Assembly: GCA_051439605.1 (NCBI GenBank)
Contig: JBFRWN010000071.1
Location: 1-13,625 of the forward strand
DNA: 13,625 bases
Reading direction: 5' to 3'
From: Synechococcus sp.
Lineage (GTDB): Bacteria; Cyanobacteriota; Cyanobacteriia; Thermostichales; PCC-7336
The translations under genes and the position numbers were made by a program. The notes under the pieces are model-generated. The model searched no databases, had not been told where the DNA came from, and worked only from the letters and a program-made list of their open reading frames with translations. Below are positions 7,372 to 13,625 of this stretch, in pieces. The stretch's first letter is position 1; the number at the start of each line of letters is the position of its first letter.

Positions 7372-7638
7372 TCAGAATCCTTTTCGTTCGCAACTGGCTG
7401 GGGGGAGATCGCGGTAGATCTTCCCCAGGCGTTTCAAAATCGATAGGCCTTGAGAAGGGTTACTCAACGGAGCGAGCAGAAATAGGCCGAACACCACGAT
7501 CGCGATCGCCGGTCCCGAAGGTAAATCGAAATAATAGCTGAGATACATGCCCGGGCATAAGAATCCTACGATGATGCCCATGGCCAAGGAATATCGCATG
7601 AATTCGTAATTCAGCGGTTCGAGCAACCATTCCATCAT
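7372..7638 (-). pseudogene. Metal ABC transporter permease (ZnuB/MntB family) with a large in-frame internal deletion
   Basis: Only 88 aa. The family N-terminus (WLLEPLNYEFMRYSLAMGIIVGFLCP) is fused directly to the family C-terminus (GMYLSYYFDLPSGPAIAIVVFGLFLL). Intact members are roughly 270-300 aa. It lies 18 nt downstream of the ATPase gene. Confidence 0.9.
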
Positions 7639-7656
7639 GTACTGCTAGCCAAGACG

Positions 7657-8421
7657 CTATCGCTGATATCCCAACAAAGCAGGTTCCTGGCAATGATGAC
7701 CTTCACAGCAACCCACCTGCATGGCTGTGCCGAAAGCCAGGTGGATATTGTCAGCTGTCATCACGGCCTGGGGTTTGCCGTTGGCTAACAAGCAGCGGTT
7801 GAGCAGCAAGAGGCGATCGTAGCGGTTGAGGGCCTCCCCCCATTCGTGGCTGCACACCAAAATCGTTTTACCCTGCTCTCGCAATTCGTCCAGCAGGTTG
7901 AAAATAATCCCTTCGGACTTTCTGTCCACACCAGCCAAGGGTTCGTCCATCAAAAATAAATCCGCCTGTTGCGCCAGAGCCCGTGCCACAAAGATCCGCT
8001 GCTGCTGCCCCCCCGATAGCTCCCCAATTTGGCGGTGGCGTAACTCCCACATTCCCACCCGTTCCATAGCTTCGCGTACAATATTTCGCTGCTGACGGTC
8101 GGCCCACTTCAGCCACCCAATAGCCGTCGTGCGAGCCATCATCACCACGGTCCAGGCTGAAGTGGGATAGTCCCAATCAATTTGCGATCTCTGCGGTAAG
8201 TAAGCCACCCGTCGCCGCTGTTGAGACAGCGGACGTCCGTCAAACAGGACTTTCCCACCATTTGAGGGCACCAACCCCAAGATGGCTTTAAGCAACGTAC
8301 TTTTCCCTGCTCCGTTGGGACCAATGGCCCCTACCATCTCTCCGGCAGGCAATGTCGCGCAAATATCTTCCAGCGCTAGTCGCCCTCGATAGTTGACACA
8401 CAGGGATTGGATCTCTAACAT
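7657..8421 (-). CDS. Metal (Zn/Mn) ABC transporter ATP-binding protein, ZnuC/MntA family
   Basis: Walker A GPNGAGKS, AYLPQRSQIDWDYP, signature LSGGQQQR, Walker B FLMDEP, H-loop SH, and a Cys/His tail CCEGHHC. ATG 8421 is preferred because the longer ORF runs through the Zur box. Confidence 0.93.
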   Translation of the reverse strand: MLEIQSLCVNYRGRLALEDICATLPAGEMVGAIGPNGAGKSTLLKAILGLVPSNGGKVLFDGRPLSQQRRRVAYLPQRSQIDWDYPTSAWTVVMMARTTAIGWLKWADRQQRNIVREAMERVGMWELRHRQIGELSGGQQQRIFVARALAQQADLFLMDEPLAGVDRKSEGIIFNLLDELREQGKTILVCSHEWGEALNRYDRLLLLNRCLLANGKPQAVMTADNIHLAFGTAMQVGCCEGHHCQEPALLGYQR

Positions 8422-8431
8422 TAGGTGCCAA

Positions 8432-8446
8432 TGATAACGATTATCA
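8432..8446. promoter_or_regulatory. Zur (FurB) box in the divergent promoter region
   Basis: TGATAAC-G-ATTATCA is one mismatch from the cyanobacterial 7-1-7 Zur consensus TGATAATnATTATCA and lies between divergent metal ABC genes. Confidence 0.85.
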
Positions 8447-8503
8447 GTCTTGAAAAACTTTAGCAAACTGTCCCATCAATACCGGCCTTTCTTTAAAGTT
8501 TTG

Positions 8504-9487
8504 ATGCAATCTCGCAGCCCCTGGCGGCTGTTGTTGCTGTTCCTATTGCCCCTTTCTGGTGGCTGTCTCGCTTCCCCCGCCATGGCAATGTACGCCGTCG
8601 TGGCCACCACCAGCATGATTTGCGATGTCGTCGGGCAAATAGCCGAGGAGACCCTCGATCTCACCTGCCTGCTCGACCCCGGTCAAGATCCCCACACCTA
8701 CGAACTCACCCCCCGAGATCGCGCCGCAATTGACGATGCAGATCTGGTGCTCTACGGCGGCTACAATATTGCCCCCGATATCGTTGAGGCGATCGAGGCA
8801 TCTTCCAGTTCGGCCCCCAAAGTGGCGATTTACGAGCTAGCCGTTCCCAGTCCGCTGATGGGGCAGGCTCACGACGAACACCACGATGATGACGAACATC
8901 ACGATGATGACGAACTAGTTGCCGATCCTCATGTTTGGCATAGTGCCACCTACGGGATCGGGATCGTAGAGGCGATCACCGAACAACTCATTGGAATTGC
9001 ACCGGATAATCGGGAACGGTTTAGCGCCAACGCCGATGTTTTGGTTGAGGAACTCACCGAACTGCATGGGTGGATTCAAGTGCAAGTTGCTACAGTTCCG
9101 GCGGGCGATCGCAAGTTGATTACCACCCACAACTCATTCGGGTATTTTGCCGATGCCTATGGGTTTGAGGTCGCCGGTGCGTTGGATGGACTCAGCTCGG
9201 AAGAACAACCCTCAGCCGGCCGCCTAGCAAAGCTGGTTGATTTGATTGAAGAGTCTGGTGTACCCGCAATTTTTGCCGAAACCACCACCAATCGCGACTT
9301 AATTGAAACGGTGGCTCGGAATGCCGGAGTGCTTGTTCCCGACCAACCTCTCTACGTGGAGGGTCCTGGAGGCCCAGATACCCCAGCTCCCAACTACCAG
9401 CAGATGATGGTGGTCAATACCTGTACCATCGTTAAAGGTTTGGGGGGAAATTGTTCGTTATCAACATCACCGTTGGTAAAGCGGTAA
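8504..9487 (+). CDS. Zinc ABC transporter substrate-binding protein (ZnuA/TroA-like, cluster A-I)
   Basis: Hydrophobic leader ending LSGGC (possible lipobox), VVATTS, GQDPHTYE, His/Asp loop, DPHVW, LITTHNSFGYFA, PAIFAE, LYVEG. The start is uncertain (ATG 8504 preferred over TTG 8450). Confidence 0.92.
   Translation: MQSRSPWRLLLLFLLPLSGGCLASPAMAMYAVVATTSMICDVVGQIAEETLDLTCLLDPGQDPHTYELTPRDRAAIDDADLVLYGGYNIAPDIVEAIEASSSSAPKVAIYELAVPSPLMGQAHDEHHDDDEHHDDDELVADPHVWHSATYGIGIVEAITEQLIGIAPDNRERFSANADVLVEELTELHGWIQVQVATVPAGDRKLITTHNSFGYFADAYGFEVAGALDGLSSEEQPSAGRLAKLVDLIEESGVPAIFAETTTNRDLIETVARNAGVLVPDQPLYVEGPGGPDTPAPNYQQMMVVNTCTIVKGLGGNCSLSTSPLVKR
8873..8915 (+). repeat. 18-bp coding tandem repeat (DEHHDD x2.4)
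   Basis: GACGAACACCACGATGAT / GACGAACATCACGATGAT / GACGAAC. Confidence 0.9.
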
Positions 9488-9553
9488 TTCAAACTTGCCC
9501 TTCTACATAGTGATTGCACGATAATCGCATCCCAGGAGAACCCTCCTGTCACC

Positions 9554-10240
9554 TCAATAGTCGTAGGCTTCAATCGCATTGGCCTGTAGCGAATACCCAA
9601 CATCGATATTTGCCGACCCATCAACAAAGGTCAAATCTTGCTCGCTTTGCTGGACGGATATCTGACCGGTTACCATTACAGGTTCGAACAGACTATTCAT
9701 CTTAATGCCACGCTCCGATTGCACATAGACAATCTGGTTGGGGGGCGGAGGTGGGACATGAATGCAAGCTCCAACGTAAGGCACTAGAAGAAATTCAGTG
9801 ACGCGATTGTTTTCGGCAAATTCCAAAGGCAGCGCATAACCCGGAATGGCTACCGAGGTAGAGTCTAGTTCGTCCACCATTGTGTTGTCCGCAATCGCGA
9901 GACGGCGATCGATTTCCTCTTGTTGAGCCACCAAACTGTCAATATCAACTCCTTCAGCAATCAACGCTTGCCAATCGCTGTCAAACTGCTCGCTCAAGAC
10001 TTCCAGTTCCTGCGGGTCGAGTGGCGGCTCTATCTTCTGCCGCTGAATCATCCAGTAGAGAAACCCCATCTTGGATTGTTGCTCGGAGCTCAAATCCTGG
10101 AATGGATCGGTGAATGCCACCTGAGGGGCAAGGTCTTCCCATGCCAGTTGACGAGTGTTTTCTCCACGGGCGAGTATCACCAGTAGGGACGCTGCCAAAG
10201 CCAGGGTGATCGACGTGATTTTCATGGAGTGATGTTTCAT
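9554..10240 (-). CDS. DUF3299-family protein (ZrgD/PA4066-like)
   Basis: LAWEDLAP, VAIPGYALPLE, VTEFLLVPYVGACIHVPPPPPNQIVYV, PVMVTG and an N-terminal hydrophobic segment. Start at ATG 10240 or 10225; the ORF-track start at 10381 overlaps the upstream gene. Confidence 0.88.
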   Translation of the reverse strand: MKHHSMKITSITLALAASLLVILARGENTRQLAWEDLAPQVAFTDPFQDLSSEQQSKMGFLYWMIQRQKIEPPLDPQELEVLSEQFDSDWQALIAEGVDIDSLVAQQEEIDRRLAIADNTMVDELDSTSVAIPGYALPLEFAENNRVTEFLLVPYVGACIHVPPPPPNQIVYVQSERGIKMNSLFEPVMVTGQISVQQSEQDLTFVDGSANIDVGYSLQANAIEAYDY

Positions 10241-10283
10241 GGCAGGGAGTGGGTTGAAAACTCTGACAGAGATAGCGAAGGAT

Positions 10284-11546
10284 TTACTGCCTAACGGACA
10301 TGCCATCCACCAGCGATTGGCGATAGCTGAGATATCCGGGAACCATCCCGATCGCTGTCCCAGCAGTGCAGACTGCGGCAATCAAAACTAGTTCGTATCT
10401 CGATAATGCCCCAATGGCGATCGCCAATCCAAATCTTGTCAATAACAGCGGTTGCGCTATCCATAACCCGCAATATAGGAGAACAACTCCAGCGAATACC
10501 CCCACAATCGTCAGAGCCCCCGCCTCCCCCACGATCAGTGCAAAAACGTGAATCGGTCGAGCCCCTACCGATCGCAAAATGGCCATCTCCCTGCGGCGTT
10601 CGTTCAGGCTGGTCAACAGCGCCACCAGCATTCCCGACAACCCCACCATCACCACAAACCCCGACACCACCGACAGCGCTCGCTCCGCAACGCCAATCAC
10701 CTCCCAAAGGGACTGCAAGGTCACCCCCGGCAGGATTGCCAGCAGCGGTTCGGCTCGATAGGTATTCACAAACCGCTGCACCTCAAATGCCGCAATTCGG
10801 GAGTTCAACCCCACCAATACCGCCGTAACCGCTTGGGGAGCGAGCGCTAGTCTCTCGGCCACTTCGGCAGAAATTTCCTGACCGGGTGAAGGGGGAGCTC
10901 CTTCTTTCCAATCGATATGAATTGCTTCGATGCCCTCCAGACTGACATGCACCGTTTGGTCCACGGGAGTCCCAGTTTGGTCTAAAATCCCCACCACCTG
11001 AAAGGGCTTATCGTCGTGCTCGATTAAACTCACTTCACCGGCACCGTGGGCAATGATAATCTCGTCGTCAAGCTCGTAGCCCAGTTGTTTGGCTACCTCT
11101 GACCCCAACACGGCATCGTAAACCCCATCGAAGATTTCTCCCTCTGCCATAACTAGCTGGCGATGGCGGGAAAAGCGATAGCGCTCGAAATAGTCCCGAG
11201 AAGTACCCATTACCCGATACCCCCGATGGGAATCCCCTAACGAAATGGGGACAATCCAGTCAATTTTGGGATGGTCCTGCAACTCCTCAACGGTTTCCCA
11301 AGAAATGTTGTTGGTGGCATACCCGATGCGAAACACCGAATAGAGAAGCAACTGCACCGCACCCGTGCGGGCTCCTACAATCAAATCCGTGCCCGAAATC
11401 GTGCTGGTAAAGCTAGCCTTTGCCTCGCTATTAATGCGCTGCACCCCCAAGAGCAGCGTCACGCTCAAGCCAATTGAAACCGCCGTCAATCCCGCCGTAA
11501 ATTTGCGATTCCACAAGCTTTTTAGGGCCAGGTTGAAAATCGACAT
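10284..11546 (-). CDS. ABC transporter permease, FtsX/MacB-type (ZrgC/PA4065-like)
   Basis: One N-terminal TM, a large periplasmic domain (GTDLIVGAR...QLLLYSVFRIG; PISLGDSHRGYRV; HGAG...HDDKPF), then ERRREMAILRSVGA with three TMs. SD AAGGAG lies 7 nt before ATG 11546. Confidence 0.92.
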   Translation of the reverse strand: MSIFNLALKSLWNRKFTAGLTAVSIGLSVTLLLGVQRINSEAKASFTSTISGTDLIVGARTGAVQLLLYSVFRIGYATNNISWETVEELQDHPKIDWIVPISLGDSHRGYRVMGTSRDYFERYRFSRHRQLVMAEGEIFDGVYDAVLGSEVAKQLGYELDDEIIIAHGAGEVSLIEHDDKPFQVVGILDQTGTPVDQTVHVSLEGIEAIHIDWKEGAPPSPGQEISAEVAERLALAPQAVTAVLVGLNSRIAAFEVQRFVNTYRAEPLLAILPGVTLQSLWEVIGVAERALSVVSGFVVMVGLSGMLVALLTSLNERRREMAILRSVGARPIHVFALIVGEAGALTIVGVFAGVVLLYCGLWIAQPLLLTRFGLAIAIGALSRYELVLIAAVCTAGTAIGMVPGYLSYRQSLVDGMSVRQ

Positions 11547-11557
11547 ACGAACGCTCC

Positions 11558-12277
11558 TTATGACTGCGATCCAGCACGGTTGATGTCAGCTAGGTGAATG
11601 GTGCGATCGAACAAGTGGGCCAGCGTGCGATCGTGGCTGACGAAAATTACCGTACTGCCCTCCCGCTGGCATTCCGCAAACAACAGCTCGATAAAAGCTT
11701 CCCGGCGATCGAAATCCAGTGATGATGTCGGCTCGTCCGCAATCACCACCTGCGGAGACCCCATCAGGGCTCTGGCGGCTGCCACCCGTTGCTGCTGACC
11801 GACACTGAGATTGACCACCGGCTGCTGTTGGCGGGCTAACTCTGCCATATCCAAATGCTGCAGCAGTCGCATCGCCTCCCGTTCGAGGGTTTCGGATCGT
11901 CCGTTCGCCCGTTCTCGACGCCGTTTGGAAAATCGACAGGGCAGAATCACGTTTTCCACCACTGACAGGTAAGGCAGCAGGTTGAATTGCTGAAAGATAA
12001 ATCCGATGGTGTCTGCCCGTACGCGATCGCGCTCGGGTCCCTTCATGGCATCGAAGCGGCGATCGAACAACGTGACCGTTCCCGATTGTGGAACCACCAC
12101 TCCAGCCAATAGGTTGAGCAGAGTGCTCTTGCCGCTGCCGCTGGGACCTTCGATAAAGACAGTGGATGCGCTTTCTAAGCTCAGTTCTGGAATATCCAAT
12201 ACAGGGGGGCGATCGCGATGCCAACTGTATTTCAAGTTGCGCAAAGCAATCGCGATATCGTGGGAATCGTTTTCCAG
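11558..12277 (-). CDS. ABC transporter ATP-binding protein (ZrgB/PA4064-like, LolD/MacB type)
   Basis: GPSGSGKS, IGFIFQQFNLLPYLSV, LSVGQQQRVA, IADEPTSSLD, VSHD. The start is probably CTG 12277 behind AGGAGG; the first conventional start is TTG 12244. Confidence 0.92.
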   Translation of the reverse strand: MENDSHDIAIALRNLKYSWHRDRPPVLDIPELSLESASTVFIEGPSGSGKSTLLNLLAGVVVPQSGTVTLFDRRFDAMKGPERDRVRADTIGFIFQQFNLLPYLSVVENVILPCRFSKRRRERANGRSETLEREAMRLLQHLDMAELARQQQPVVNLSVGQQQRVAAARALMGSPQVVIADEPTSSLDFDRREAFIELLFAECQREGSTVIFVSHDRTLAHLFDRTIHLADINRAGSQS

Positions 12278-12325
12278 AGTCTGCCTCCTGTTTACCCTGC
12301 AAAATACCGTGCGATCCCCATCAGA

Positions 12326-13054
12326 CTACCAAGACAAAATTGGATCTGTTGGAGTTAAATTCTTGCCTACCTGTCCGGAATCTGTCAGAGCTTGAACCTC
12401 GATTTCCTCAATGCCTGGAAATGTCTCGAATAGCCCCACCTCGATCTGCTGCAACTGTTCGGGATTTGCACAATCGAACTCGTAATTGGCTACAAATTCG
12501 CTGTGTACTTCTTCCTCGTGCTCGGAATGCTTGTGTTCGTGCTCGTCTTCGTGCCCGGAATGCTCGTCTTCGTGCTCGGAATGCTCGTCTTCGTGCTCGC
12601 CTTCATGCTCGGAATGCCCATCCCCTTCTCCTGAATGAATGTCTGACTCGACTGCCGCTGTAACGAGGCTGCATTCAGCTTCTACAGGCAATCCAAGCAG
12701 GTTATCTCCAGCCTCCAAAACTGCGATCGCATTGTCAACGGCAGCTTCTTGCTCGTCTGTATTGGGGGCATGTTCGAACCCGACGATGTTGGCCGCAGGA
12801 CTGACTAACTCGATGTAGAGTTGACTGCCTTCAACAGCGACATTCATTTCAACGATGCCGTGAACGTGTGACTCCTCTTGCCGGGTCTCTGCTTGATGGG
12901 AATCAGCAATGAGTTCAGTAATTTGGCTCCTGGCTGGCTTCGCTTCAAAACAAATCAGTGAGGCAGTTGCGGCGATCGTCACGCATCCTGAGAAAACTTT
13001 CAACAGCTTGCCTCTCGAGAAAAAAGAAATGCGATTGTAGCCAACCAGATTCAT
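12326..13054 (-). CDS. DUF2796-family periplasmic zinc-binding protein (ZrgA/PA4063-like)
   Basis: Signal-like N-terminus, SHVHG, SPAANIVGFEHAP, a long His/Glu tract, HSEFVANYEFDC, LFETFPG..EIEVQ. ATG 13054 has SD AGGAG 8 nt upstream. Confidence 0.9.
   Translation of the reverse strand: MNLVGYNRISFFSRGKLLKVFSGCVTIAATASLICFEAKPARSQITELIADSHQAETRQEESHVHGIVEMNVAVEGSQLYIELVSPAANIVGFEHAPNTDEQEAAVDNAIAVLEAGDNLLGLPVEAECSLVTAAVESDIHSGEGDGHSEHEGEHEDEHSEHEDEHSGHEDEHEHKHSEHEEEVHSEFVANYEFDCANPEQLQQIEVGLFETFPGIEEIEVQALTDSGQVGKNLTPTDPILSW
12540..12599 (-). repeat. 21-bp coding tandem repeat (HEDEHSE-type, about 3 copies)
   Basis: TGCTCGTCTTCGTGC(C/T)CGGAA at 12540 and 12561, partial copy at 12582. Confidence 0.88.
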
Positions 13055-13066
13055 AAAAAGAGCTCC

Positions 13067-13109
13067 TGTGCAATCTATGAGAATGATTCTAATTCTCATA
13101 GATTGCACA
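13067..13109. promoter_or_regulatory. Perfect 18-7-18 inverted repeat containing a Fur-family operator, directly upstream of the zrgA-like gene
   Basis: TGTGCAATCTATGAGAAT-GATTCTA-ATTCTCATAGATTGCACA. It includes the 7-1-7 element TGAGAAT-G-ATTCTAA (13078-13092). Confidence 0.8.
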
Positions 13110-13202
13110 TTCAAGAGCGTTTTACGGTTTATTTAAGATTTGTAGTAGCGAGCTGAGATACCTTCACTTATCGATCTTGCAGGTTTCTCTCAAGCCTGTA
13201 AC

Positions 13203-13522
13203 GATAATGAGACTATTGAAAAACTCAATGGCTATGCTACTGCTATGAATAAGTTCCTCAAAGGGGGCAGATAATCAGCAGCATAAGGCATTGAACAATC
13301 AAATTAAGAGCTCGAATTGGCCGAAAAGTGTCAGAGAGTGGCAAATGGGCCACCTCAAATCTTCAAGCCAGTCCCAACAAATTCTTTCAGAATTTGAACC
13401 GGTACGAGGATACTTACACCTCGATCAGCATACACACACTCTCAAAAACTGGATATCGGGAAAAGATGCGCAAGTGCTTCGAGAGTTGGCAAGAATTGAT
13501 GCGTCAAAACGCAGCTGGGTAG
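13203..13522 (+). mobile_element. IS6-family transposase C-terminal relic (pseudogene, at least two frameshifts)
   Basis: Stitching three frames gives EKLNGYATAMNKFLKG / ADNQQHKALNNQIKSSNWPKSVREWQMGHLKSSSQSQQILSEFEPVRGYLHLDQHT / LSKTGYREKMRKCFESWQEL. This follows the IS6 pattern DKLxSY...HRQHKxLNNRAENSHQPTRxRERxMxxFKSxxQAQRFLSAFxPI...YR..M..RF..W. The shifts fall at the AAAGGGGG run (about 13260-13267) and the AC repeat (about 13432-13439). Confidence 0.8.
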
Positions 13523-13625
13523 TTCAGAAATACGGCTCTAATGGGGTTGTAGAGATCCAGATTTGGTATTATTTACATTAATCTTTAGGTGACTTGAAAA
13601 TTCTGTAGTAGAGCATGAATTTTTA

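Larger units (their letters stand above)
2193..12730. repeat. Dispersed HIP1 octamers (GCGATCGC)
   Basis: Seen at 2193, 2592, 3333, 4128, 5574, 6292, 7502, 9105, 10417, 12023, 12209 and 12723 (hand count), plus many one-mismatch variants. Confidence 0.9.

Noticed and set aside
7095..7693. ORFs 7095-7541 (+), 7160-7393 (-) and 7460-7693 (-)
   Set aside because: No recognisable motifs; better explained as off-frame or antisense to the SmtB and permease remnants.
9510..9548. Terminator between the convergent ZnuA-like and DUF3299 genes (hairpins GTGATTG/TAATCGC and CAGGAG/CTCCTG)
   Set aside because: The stems are short and have no U-tract on either strand, so I cannot call an intrinsic terminator.
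11586..12302. 238-aa overlapping minus-strand ORF and other long shadow ORFs inside the main genes
   Set aside because: They lie within well-supported genes in other frames and show no domain motifs.
12245..12328. Stop-codon readthrough fusing ZrgA-like and ATPase ORFs (same frame, single TAG between them)
   Set aside because: It would fuse an exported protein to a cytoplasmic ATPase, the ATPase has its own strong SD, and same-frame arrangement has a 1-in-3 chance.

Overview
Cyanobacterial DNA: at least 12 copies of the HIP1 octamer GCGATCGC, and cyanobacterial-type proteins. The left half (1-6676) looks like core chromosome. It holds the 3' part of a WD40 gene built from 12 near-identical, mosaic 123-bp units plus a Pro/Glu linker and SH3b-like domain; an RNase R/RNB-family (Zam-like) gene whose catalytic residues appear to be missing; phoU; plsC; and tRNA-Ser(CGA). 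From the tRNA 3' end onward, the right half looks like a decayed, tRNA-anchored zinc-homeostasis island. In order: a degenerate integrase fragment, a possible MITE relic, the 3' half of an SmtB/ZiaR repressor gene (absent from the ORF track), a metal ABC permease with a large in-frame internal deletion, an intact metal ABC ATPase and a divergent His-rich binding protein separated by a Zur box, a complete ZrgABCD/PA4063-4066-like operon preceded by a perfect 18-bp inverted repeat, and a frameshifted IS6-family transposase relic. All family assignments come from motif recognition by eye; no database searches were run.
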